NCBI RefSeq assembly: GCF_009914755.1
Contig: NC_060948.1
Source of the DNA: the human T2T-CHM13v2.0 reference genome, Homo sapiens
Strand: one strand, 5' to 3'
Length of the DNA stretch: 64,000 bases
Below are positions 38,981-50,770 of this stretch, piece by piece. Positions within the stretch are counted from its first letter, which is position 1; each line of letters starts with the position of its first letter. Under the pieces are notes generated by a model, which searched no databases, had not been told where the DNA came from, and worked only from the letters and a program-made list of their open reading frames with translations. Both the position numbers and the translations under genes were made by a program.

Positions 38981-39865
38981 GCAGTTCTTCTATCATTCAC
39001 CTAGACAATAGCAACAGTGTTCAGTCTCCAGTGTCTAAGCCCCAACAGTCCACATCTTCAGAAGCACCCTTCTAGAAATCATGTGCTCACCAGGCTCTAT
39101 GATGGGTACGAGATAAAATCTGAATTCCTTAGCCTGGCACAAGGCTCGCTGTCCTCTGGCCTTGGCAGGCATGTCGACCTATGCTCCACCTCTCACCAAG
39201 TCCTTTTGTCCTGAAATACCCTTAGCCCTTCCTCCTCCACCTCACTGACTCCCCAACCCTACTGATGGCTCATTTGGGATTCATGTGCTCTGCTGTGAAG
39301 CATGTCCAACTGGCCAACTTCCTTTTCCTGGCTCCCAAGGAAATCGAGTCATCTCTAGCAGATGAATGATGATAATGTAGAAGAACAGATCATGTCCAGC
39401 TCCCCCTGTACAAGTTACAGGACACCAGCCTGCAGTCCCCTGAAGAAGAGGGATGATGATGTATTCATTTGACTCAGTTGTCTCAGTATCTGGCAGTTGG
39501 TGGACTTGCTGTGAAGTCAGTCAGGTTCATGAATTGAAGGAAAACCTTGAACATCTCAACCTCTCCTCCAGAGCCCTCATAGATCCACCTTATGCTTTTC
39601 TTAAATTCTTTTTGAACTTAAAATTCTCTCCCCAAATTCTCCACAGCAGAAAGTGCCACCTGCCTTCAGCCATCTGAATGGAGCCACCTAAATGCTGGGA
39701 ATATTAAGCCATTTATTTTAACTACATCTAGTGCTTTGCTAACTGTATTGCTAAATGACTTGAGGTGGGCAACTTTAAAGGCTTTTATCAGGCTGCTGTC
39801 AGCACAGCAAGGTCAGCATAACTGATTTAACAAGAGGAGGACTGAGATAAGGCTAGAGCTTCTGA

Positions 39866-40957
39866 TGAGGCTCCCATGAGTGGAGGAATACCAGGTTCTT
39901 TGTCTCGAGTCAAATTAGAAAAAATGACATGGACATATGTGGAGCAGTTTTAAGAAGCTGAGAGTTTATGTGCCACATTTTCTTAATCCAGTCTATCACT
40001 GATGGACATTTGGGTTGGTTCCAAGTCTTTGCTATTGTGAATATACACCACGGAACACTATGTGGCCATAAAAAATGATGAGTTCATGTCCTTTGTAGGA
40101 ACATGGATGAAGCTGAAAACCATCATTCTCAGCAAACTATTGCAAGGACAGGAAACCAAACACCGCATGTTCTCACTCATAGGTGGGAATTGAACAATGA
40201 GAACACTTGGACACAAGCAAGGGAACATCACACACTGGGGCCTGTTGTGGGGTGGGGTAGGGGGGAGGGATAGCATTAGGAGATATACCTAATGTGAATG
40301 ACGAGTTAATGGGTGCAGCACACCAACATGGCACATGTATACATATGTAACAAACCTGCACGTTGTGCACATGTACCCTATAACTTAAAGTGTAATAAAA
40401 ATAAATAAATAATAAATAAATAAATAAATAAATAATAAAAAATATAAAAGAAGCTGAGAGTTTACCAGGCAAGAAAAAATGGAAGAAGTCAAAAGGAAGA
40501 CGCTCCCCCGTAAAGAGACAGTGAGAGGGGAGCTCCAAAGCTGAAAGAGGAGACCCTAAGTGGTGTGGAAACCAGCCAGGTATATAAAAAGGCTGGAGGA
40601 GGTAGTGTTTGATTTGGAAGGGTGCAGGGGATTGGTTTGATCAGGCAAGTCAATCACGTAGCCCTCGAAAAAACCGGCCCTCACACCCTAGCCTTTTAAT
40701 ATGCAAATGCAGGGTAGCATGATGTTCTACAGGAGTGGGGATATGTGGGGGCAAAGGCAAGAGGACAATGGTGGGAATCACTGCATTGGGTGGACCCAGT
40801 TTCTAATGGCCAGCATTTGCATATCAAAAGTTGCCTGTGGGTTCTAAGGGCCTGGACTTTCCTCATAGACAAGAAACATTTTTTGGAGCTGTTTTAAAAG
40901 AAATGGAAACTTTTACTCTCTATCTGCCCAAAATAATTTCTTAAAAATTTCTACCAC
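39866..40957. mobile_element. ERV1 LTR (MER61-like) interrupted by a short L1
   Basis: TG...CA bounded segment with MER61-like phrases and ATGCAAAT motifs; family from memory. Confidence 0.55.
39969..40447 (+). mobile_element. 5'-truncated, 5'-inverted L1PA (PA4/5-like)
   Basis: Antisense L1 at 39969-40042, sense 3' end with poly(A); 17-bp TSD AAGAAGCTGAGAGTTTA at 39952-39968 and 40448-40464. Confidence 0.95.
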
Positions 40958-43779
40958 AGTTCCAGAAAGGAACAAGTCATGGAGCCACAACTGGGAATAA
41001 CTCACATATTTGCATTAAGAATGCAGAAGCAATACCCAGGAAAGGGCAACAATGAGAACACACAAAATCCAAGGTCGTTTTGATCCACATGAACAATGCT
41101 TCTCTCAGAAAGTACTTAAGGGCCAGTCTGTTACCAAATTTGTTTGACAAAGGAATCTAGGAAAATACACCAGGAGAAAAAAATCCAAAAACATGCTGGT
41201 GAAGTCTACCCTCTCACCAAAGCTACCTTTATCCAAGTACACCTGGGCCCCAGAACTGCACAATTTCACCCTCATGAGCACCAAAACCCTACAGCCACCA
41301 CTGATCTCCCTTCAGTTAAGCAGCAGAACTGCACGTGGTAAAGGTTCTCAGCAAATATTGCTGTTAGATCAGAAAAAGGCCTGAGAGCCTAAAGCAGGAA
41401 ATGACAGCTGGGATGACACACAAGTGGCTTTGAAATGTTTATAAATAAGGAGGTTTTTTGGAAGGTGTGGGTAGGGATGGCAAGGGGTTGAAGATTGGAA
41501 GATAAATCCTGGCTTCTCTTTTGGGGCTTTTGGGGTTAGCTGCCCGGTGTAGAATTCAGGAAAAGGGCAGATCTGACAGAGAACTAGAAGCCCCATTTAA
41601 AATACAATGCTTCAGAGTGGCCTCTGGGCCAAGTAGGCAGGAAGAGCCTGTGGTCACTGGGAAACATACATTTTAACTAAAAAGAGATGAGACCCAGCCA
41701 GGGAGGTCAAGAGGTCATCAGTGCAGAGGCGTGTGCCGAAACCATGAGCTCGGAAGAGGTCTCCGCAAGAGGAGAGTGCCCACAACAAAACCACAGAGAG
41801 GCCACACAGGCACCAGTAGGAAGAGAAAGTGATGAGGAAGCCGGAAGAGGAATTACCCGAGAAAGATTTCCAAGGAGGATTAGGAAGCAGCAAAGAACCT
41901 GGGACATTTAAGAAAAGAGTACCCTCTGCAACTAACATGCACATCACTGCTACCTACGTCAGAACAATTTTTGTAAGTGTTAAGGCCAAAAATCCAGCTC
42001 ACAGTGAGGCAAGGGAAAACAGGGAGTGAGTTCCGCAAACAGAGCCCACTTTAGCAACAAGCCTGGATGAGAATGAAGGCAGAGAGACAAGCAAGTTTCA
42101 AAACACATCCTTAAAATCAGGACACTCACTAGTCCCAGCCAGCAGAAACAATAAGCATGGCAACGGGTACATGGCATTTATTACTCTATATTATAGTGTG
42201 ATCATATAAAGATGTTAACTTCTTCAGGCTTCTTAACTTCTTCACAGAAGTCCTGTCCACAGAATGCAGCCTCTCAATCATTGATGAGTACAGCCTCTCA
42301 ATCATTGTAGAGACTCTCAATTATTGATGAGATGAATTTAACCACTAGATGTCAGCCAGTGGGTCTTTTAGTATCTACAATTGTACCTGTACCTGTGAGG
42401 GCTGGCACAAGTATGAACAAAGGGTACCAAGACTACCAGTAATTGTAAGTAATAAAGTGCCCAGGAGTAAAAGTTAGAGGTGCTGGATTTTCACTGGGCT
42501 TTTCCAACTATTAATAGCTCCCCAGGTTGGCCTGACTCAATTCTAAATCTCAAATTTGATCACAATTTCAGTTGAAAAGCTTGACATGTAAGAATACCAC
42601 ATCAAAAGCTGATGAATAGTCAGCAAAATGCCAGTACTAAACGCAGGGGTGCAAATCACAAAAAGTAAGCTAGTCTGCTTACAGGTATTGTAATCATAAA
42701 AACCACCATTAATTTAGCACCAACCTAAATAGTAGTCATACAAAAAGAAAAAGCAGATATAAGTATCTACTTACCCAAAGAAATGCTTTATGTTAAGATA
42801 AACAAGGCAAATAAAGAGATGCAGAAAGAAAATAATGCACTTAAGTACTATATAGAAATCAGCAAAATGTTTAGTATTTAATAAAATACATGATTAGTTG
42901 AGGCTAGAACAGAAATGTGTGTAACACTTTGCTGCACTAAAAGTTTCTACAATAATCAAATCATCTTCTTTTTAAAAAGGAAAGGTTAAAAGGTTTCCAA
43001 GCTACTGCAATTGATGTAAATAAGGGAGAGAACACTGTGTATGAACAGGTAACCTCCAGGGCTCTAATGGCAGGGATACAACTGGGTCCAAGAGAAAATA
43101 CATGAGATGTGGGCAGCACTTCCGGAAGTCATTTCATCGCATCACTCAGTTCAAGCTCCGACCTCCAGTTTCCTAAGACCTTAGTAGCCTTAGAGTAAAA
43201 AGGGATGACACAGACCCAGTAGGCAGAAGTCTACTGAGAGATGCAGTGAGAGCCCAGTCACAGGAGCCCCTCGGGATCAGCTATAAGGCTACTTAGGAAC
43301 ATTATCTGTCATGTCTCATCAGCATATGACATAACACACAGGTTCCAGTGGCTACTCTTTGAAGAATTTTAGAAACTTTTATTCCTTTTTTAGGCACGAT
43401 GCCAACAAAATATCAGCTTCCAATTAAGACATCAAAAGACAATGTTTTTGACATCTGTCTCCTAATCCTGTAGACATCTGTCTATAAATCTGCACTATGA
43501 CAGAAAGACAAGGAACTGAAAAATGAGCACCATAAAATAGTACTCTTTATTTATAATATTTTCTGCTATAAGACACTTCTACAAGAAATATATTGCCACC
43601 ATAATGTTCAAGAGAGCTGAAGGTTCTGGAACTGATTCTTTTATATCTCTAACATGAATCTTCTAAAGATGCATGTTTACATTCTTGTCTCTTAAACAGA
43701 ATTAACTGATTATTACTTAATATTACTTTTGGGGCTGTTTTTAGTGGCTCATACTTAAGACTTCATTTTCCCTGTCCTA

Positions 43780-44850
43780 TTTAACTTTTCAGGTATAAAG
43801 AAGAGTCAATAGTAGCATAGGAAACATCTATATACCCTATACCTGCATGCAACACACCTGAAACTATACAGATGCCATACTCTTCATTCCTCTAGCTCTC
43901 TGCATGTTTCTCCGAAGAATGATACTCTCTTACACAGCCTTAATACCACTGCCAAACCCAGGCAAATCAGCAATATTTCATTGTAACCTCTAAACACTCA
44001 GCACACATTGCAGCTGTCCAATTGTGACAAAAATCTCTTTTATAGATATTTTTCCCCAATCTAAGGTCCAATGAATTTTAGCCTCTTTTAAGGTGGAAAA
44101 ACCAGTTCCTACTTTTTCCCCATGATAGTCAACATATTCAAGGATCCAGGCAAGGTAGCTGGTGGAAAATCCTACATTCGGGATTTATCTTGCTGTTTCC
44201 ACATGATGCCACCTTCCATATTCCTCTACCCCTTTGAAACTCCTAGAGGTCCAAATGGATTCAGGTTAACCATTTCTGAGGTCACTTCAGAAAGCACACA
44301 TGACATGACATGCTGCTTTCTGGATGGCAAAGCTACATCAGTTGGGCCACAGGGTCAATTGTGGCCCCCAGAGCTGCCCGCTCTGAAGGCCCCTGTTTGC
44401 CTCTGTTATCAGTCAGTGACTTGTGGCATGGCACTGCGGGCACCTTCATCTCCTGCATGATTACTCTATGGTTTTGGCTTCCACTGACAATGCTTGTAGA
44501 AACCACTTACAGTCGGGATCCCAAAATGGTGAACTGGCTAATTCTGTCCATACTTATTAACTGGCATTCCTCTGTCAAAGAGTTCACCCCCAGCCACGCT
44601 TTTTCTCTCTTTTCTTTTGAGAATCATAATACAGAGTCTCCTTTTAAAAAAATAGAGTATTATCCTCTCTTCTGGTCATTCTTTTGATTACAAATGGTTC
44701 ATATTGTGCCAGTGGGACCCCCCACTGCATCCTGGCATGAGAAGGTGCTCATGCTCATGTAGTATTTTACTGGCCCTGGACCCTACAATCAGCCACATCT
44801 CCCCAAGGCCTGTGTTCCTTTCATTGGGCACGATGATTCCAAATGAATGA
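43780..44850 (-). mobile_element. Probable very old L1M 3' fragments
   Basis: Weak resemblance to antisense L1MC/ME 3'UTR text. Confidence 0.35.
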
Positions 44851-45801
44851 TTTAATCTATTTTAAGCCCTCATGAGTATACCTGTATCACTTTGTGTGAA
44901 GTAGCCTAACAAATTGTGCAGAATGTAGGACCCCATTGACAAATATGCATCTTAGACTGAAACATTAAGTTTACTTTTCAAAAGCAGACAAAGCATAGGC
45001 AACTGCATTTGCTCTTGTTAACTCTGTGCTTTCTCAGGCATCGTGTGCCGAAGCCGTGAGTGTCCTTCGATCTCATGAGCAAACACCAAAGAGATTGTGG
45101 CATGTGTTCTCATACAGGGAGAAACAGAGCTGCATGGCTGCTGTATCCCACTGCATAGAACAGTGGAACCCATGCACATGAAACCTATTAGGTTCCTGTG
45201 AGTGCCCTCTCTTCAAAGGGTGCACAGCATGGCTCATCTCTTTCCCCGGCTGCCTACTCTTCCTGCCTTAGGGTTCTGGCCATCTACATACACAGGCAAT
45301 TTGCCTAGTACTTTTAACTTGTCTCACAGGCCCTGTACTTCTCACTAAAAAGTTCCATGCACCACCATAAGAGAGGAGTCTGCTCACCAGCTTTCCTGGG
45401 GGCAACTCTCCTCTGCAGGGCTGAGGATAGCGTGAAGGTATTGAACCTATATAGACCTAATAGAAACATCTCTCTAAAAAGGTGAGGAAGGGGTGCAGCA
45501 CTATTCTTGACAGAGGCGGCTGACCTGTGTCCAACCAAAGCACTATGCATAATTTCTAGATTAGAGGAAATACAGGGGACAGAAGAACAAGTAAGGTGGT
45601 ATGATGTGGAAAAAAACAAATCCAGAAATTTGGATGGTGTCACGATAACCATCCTAGACTCTTCCAAAAGTCACTGGGTAAAACACCAGGATGTGGTGAG
45701 ATTTTCAGTTTAAAATAGGCTAAAAGGATCTTACCAATGGGAGCTCTGTTGATCTCAGCCTGACAGAGATTAGTCTAGTATGTCTCTCTCTCTCTCTGTC
45801 T

Positions 45802-46070
45802 CTTTTTTTTTTTTGGAGACAGACTCCAGCATTGTATCCCAGGCTGGGGTGCACAATCTCAGCTCACTAAAACCTCTGCCTCCCAGACTCAAGTGATTCT
45901 CGTGCCTCAGCCGCCCAAGTAGCCGGGATTACAGGCGTGCGCCACCACGCCCAGATAATTTTTGTATTTTTAATAGAGACAGAGTTTCACCATGTTGGCC
46001 AGGCTGGTCTCGAACTCCTGGCCTCAGGTGATCCACCCAACTTGGCCTCCCAAAGTGTTGAGATTACAGG
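45802..46070 (-). mobile_element. AluS-like element
   Basis: Antisense dimeric Alu. Confidence 0.92.
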
Positions 46071-46682
46071 CTGCCCAGACCTAGTCTCAAATTTCCTGAT
46101 GAAACATTGGATAGAGATTTCTAATCTCTACCTGCCAGACACTGCTCAAAAGAGATGTGAAGAGGAGCTACACAGATGGTCCATTTATACAAACCCAAGG
46201 GGAAAACAAACTCTTCCTTCTTGTGCTCTTGCACAGGAAAAAAATGCATGTATCAGGATTATTGTTTTCAAATCTCTTTTCACCTCCACAATTTAATGAA
46301 ATCATTAGCAACATATTTTTTTCTTTTTTAATACAATCTTTGCTTGATTAAAAAAAATCATTCTCTTCTGTGCTTTAGAAATGATGCCTATGGCTTTGCC
46401 ATTTCTCCTGGTCTAGAATATCTATTTCTCTTCTTGACTCCCATCTATCCTTGACAGTATGCTACCCACAACATGATTTCAGTTCAAAATTCTGCTCTGT
46501 CACTAACACATTCTTATTGTGTAAATCACCAGCAATTGTTCACAGATTTTACCAATCATGTTTCAGATTCCAGCAAGACTCTAAGATCCTTAAAGGAAGA
46601 GACTAATTTTGAAGGCTTTGTAACACCCAGCAGAGTATTTTCTAAATAGATTAAGGATGAGTGAATGCATTCCTCTACAGTT

Positions 46683-46900
46683 GTGCTGTCCAGTCTACAT
46701 TTTGTGTCTCTATGTTACATTTTGGCAACTAGCCATTGGGGGCTACTTAAAATTAAGTAAATAACACAAGAAATTCGGGTCCTAAGTAGCACGAGCCACA
46801 TTTTAGGAGCCCAGTTTCCACCTGTGGCTCCCACTAGGTGCAGTACAATTATAGAACATTTCCATCCTGGCAGAAAGTTTTGCTAGATAGACAGTGCTGG
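46683..46900. mobile_element. MER3-like hAT MITE
   Basis: GTGCTGTCCA...TAGAACATTTCCATC...GAAAGTT...GACAGTGCTG. Confidence 0.65.
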
Positions 46901-48282
46901 GCTCAAGAGCAGACAGGAGTACAGTTCTCAGGGACCATGTAGTTCTCAGGGACATGTGCATGGCAGCTCACACAAGTGGGAAGGAGGATGGTGCTTATTT
47001 TGGCTTTTGTCTGAAGGCTTCAGATAAGCTTCAATGTATGAACTATGACCATTTGCTCTCACCTTCATAGACATACTGGACAGTCTATTGGGAGTCAAAC
47101 AGAAAACTTTGACCACCTGTGTCATCTGCAGTGTTTTATAAATGGGCACCATTGATCACAAAAGGGCACATCATTCGGCCCAGCTCCCAGAAGTCAGAGA
47201 GAAGAGTCAAGGGCCCCGTCAAGTGCCATAAGCAATGCCATGTAACTGCCTGTCAGGCATGGTTGTGAAGAGGTGACCATACTCTTCCCATGTGTGGGCA
47301 CCTTACCACATGGTCAGCTGCACCCGGGTCCTTAGCTGCTACTCACTGCTGGCATCACAGCAAAGGACACAAGGGAGACAGGGGATAAAGGAGGATCAGG
47401 AAAGGTTGTCATCAACCTGCCAGACACTGCTGAAAAGGGATGTAAAGAGGAAACACACAGATGGTCCAGCTATGAAAATCCAAAAAGAAAACAAAGTTTG
47501 CCTTTTTGTGCTCTTACACAGCAGAAACATGTGTTAGGATTACAGTGTCTTCAGAAGAATGCTCTTTAAGCACCAATAAGGCCATTTTAAACCTCAAATA
47601 TCTGCAACACAAAACTAAGGCTGCCCCCACCAGCATTTCAACACTATTAAAGGGAGCTCTTACTATATTAAATGCTGCATTTATTAATCACTGAAATTCC
47701 CTTATAGCTGATGGTATGATCATTATTTTCAAGTTTAACATATTCCAGGATAAGAGTTTTGTGCTTTCAACCTCTAGACTGTCCATCAATCACTTTTTAA
47801 ACATCTCATCAGAAGATCTGACCAGTCGCCTGAGCATCTATGTAAGGAGTGCTTTCAGTTCAAAATCCTGCTCTGTCACTAACAAATCCTTATAGTGTAA
47901 ATCACCAGCAATTATTCTCAGATTTCTTAAGAGGTTTAATTTACCTTGCTCCTTTACCATGCTTTAAGTCTCCATCTACTCCTGAAAAATGACAGCAAAT
48001 AGTATACAAATTATAGCAGTTTTTTTAAAAAAGAAATAGAATCAGAGTAAAGAATGAATAATCACAAAGATAAAAAGGACCAAAGAAATTCTAACATGTA
48101 AAGGACCAAAGAAATTTTAACACACAGGTTTTCAAGGAGAAAAGCAGAAATCTGGCTCAAACAACGATGCTTTGCTGCCGCATGACTAAATAAGAGTATC
48201 TTATTTTATTGTGCTTCACAGATTGTTTTTTACAAATTGAAGGTTTTTGGCAACCCTGCGTCAAGAAAGTTTATCAGCACCA

Positions 48283-48570
48283 GTTTTCTTTTTTTTCATG
48301 AGACAGAGTCTCGCTCTGTCCCAAGCTGGAGTACAGTGGCATGATCTCGGCTCACTGCAAACTCCACCTCCCAGGTTGAAGTGATTCCCCCGTGTCAGCC
48401 TCCCGATTAGCTGGGACTACAGACGTGCACCATCACACCTGGCTAATTTTTGTATATTTAGTAGAGACGGGGTTTCACCATGTCAGCCAGGCTGGTCTTG
48501 AACTCCCGACCTTAGATGATGCGCCCACCTCAGATTCCCAAAGTGCTGAGATTACAGGCATGAGCCATCC
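48283..48570 (-). mobile_element. AluS-like element in Tigger1
   Basis: Antisense dimeric Alu. Confidence 0.92.
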
Positions 48571-49280
48571 CCCCACCCTTGCTCACCACCATTTTTCTAA
48601 TACCATGTCTCACATCATGTCTCTGTGTCATATTTTTGTAATTCTTCCAATATGTCAAATTGTTTCATTATTACGTCTGTTAATGTCAATCTGTGCTGAG
48701 TGATCTTTGAGGTTACTGCTGTCATTGTTTTCAGCACCATGAAATGTGCCCATGTATGTCAGACAACTTAATATAAATGTTGTGTGTGTTCAGATTGCTC
48801 AACAGACCCCCATATCTCTGCCTCTCCTCAGGCCTCCGTAGTCCCTAAATCATGGTATATTGAAATCAAGCCAATTAATAACCCTATGGAGGCCTCTAAG
48901 AGTTCAAATGAAGAGTTACACATATCGTGCTTTAAATCAAAGCTAGAAAGTTTAAGCTTGGTGAGGAAGACATGTCAGAAGCTGATAGGCTGAAAGCTAG
49001 GCCTCTTGCACCCAGTTAGCCAAGTTGTGAATGCAATGGATAAGTTCTTCAAGGAAATTAAATGTGCTACCCCAGTGAACACATGAATGAAAAGAGAGTG
49101 AAACCTCCTTATTTGCTGACATAGAGGAAGTTTTAATGATCTGAGTAGAAGACCAAACCAGCACAACATTCCCTTAAGCCAAAGCCTAATCTAGAGCAAG
49201 GCTCTAACTCTCTTCACTTCTATGAGGACTGAGGGATGTGAGAAAGCTGCAGAAGAAAAATCTGAATCTAGCAGAAGTTC

Positions 49281-50231
49281 ATGACGTTTAAGGAAACAAG
49301 CCATCTTCATAACATAAAAATGCAGGGTGAAGCAGCAAGTGCTGATGGAAAGGCCGCAGCAAGTTATCCAGGAGAGCTAGCTAAGATCACCAATGAAAGT
49401 GGCTACACTAAACAGATTTTCAATGTAGACAAAACAGCCTTCTATTGGAAGAAAATGCCACCCATGACTTTCAGAGCTAGAGAGAAGTCAATGCCTGGCT
49501 TGAAAGCTTCAAAAGACAGGCAGAATTTTGTGTTAGGGCTTAATGCAGATGGTGACTTTAAGTCAATGCTAACGCTCATTTACAATTCTGAAAATCCTAG
49601 TGCCCTTAAAAATGTTGCTAAATCTTCTCTCCCTGGGCTTTGTGAATGCAACAGCAAAGCTTGGATGACAGTATATCTGTTTACAGTACTGTTTACCAAA
49701 TATCTTAAGCCCACTATTAACAATTACTGCTCTGAAACACAAATTTCTTTCAAAATATTTCTGCCTTCTGACAGTGTGCCTGGTCACCCAAGAGCTCTGA
49801 TGGAGATGTACAAGGAGATTCATATTGTTTTTAGACCTGCTAACACAGTGTCTATTCTGCAGCCCATGGATTCAGGAGTAAATTCAACTTTCAAGTCTTA
49901 TTACTTAAGATATGAGTTTCTTAAGGCTACAGCTGCCATAGATAGTGATTCCCCTGATTCATCTAGGAAAAGTAAATGGAAAACATTCTGGAAAGGATTT
50001 AGCACTCCAGATGTCATTCACAACCTTCATGATCCATGGGAAAAGACGACAATATCAACATTAACAGGAGTTTCTAAAAAGTTGATTCCAATCCTCATGG
50101 ATGACTTTGAGGGATTCAAGACTTCAGTGCAGGAAGTAACTGCAGACGTGTTGGAAATAGCAAGAGAACTAGAATTAGACGTGAAACCTGGAGATTTGAC
50201 TAAATTGCTGCAATCTCAGGATAAAACCTGA
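49281..50231 (+). pseudogene. Tigger1 transposase catalytic (DDE_1) region, 316 open codons
   Basis: QIFNVDKTAFYWKKMP, D.VPGHP, ILQPMDSGV; upstream DNA-binding region has stops. Confidence 0.88.
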
Positions 50232-50433
50232 ACTGATGACACATTGCTTCTTAGGGATGAGAAAAGAAAGTGGTTTCTGGAGATAAAAATCTACTCTTGG
50301 TGAAGATGTCCTTGAACACTGTTGAAGTGACAACAAAAGATTCACTATATTAACATAAACTTAGTTGATAAAGAAGCAGCAGCAGCAGCTGCTTCTTTGA
50401 GAGCAGCTTCTTTGAGAGGACTAATTCCAATTC

Positions 50434-50770
50434 TGTTTGTTTGTTTGTTTGTTTGTTTGTTTAAAACAGAGTCTCACTCTGTGGTCCAGGCTGGAGTGCA
50501 GTGGTGCAATCTTGGCTCGCTGCAACCTCAGCCTCCCAGATTGAAGTGATTCTCCTGCCTCAGCCTCCTTAGTAGCTGAGACTACAAGCACAGGTCACCA
50601 TGCCTGGCTATGTATTTGTTTTTTGTTTTTTTTTTTTTTTTGTATTTTTTAGTAGAGATAGGGTTTCACTATGTTGGTCAGAATGGTCTCGAACTCCTGG
50701 CCTCAAGTGATCCACCTGCCTCTGCCTCCCAAAGTGCTGGGATTACAGGCGTGAGACACTACATCTGGCC
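50434..50770 (-). mobile_element. AluS-like element with (GTTT)n tail in Tigger1
   Basis: Antisense dimeric Alu. Confidence 0.92.

Noticed and set aside
42215-42332. Short repeats (CTCTCAATCATTG-like x3, TAACTTCTTCA x2) as an array
   Set aside because: Only 2-3 irregular copies, consistent with local slippage; no CRISPR-like or satellite structure.
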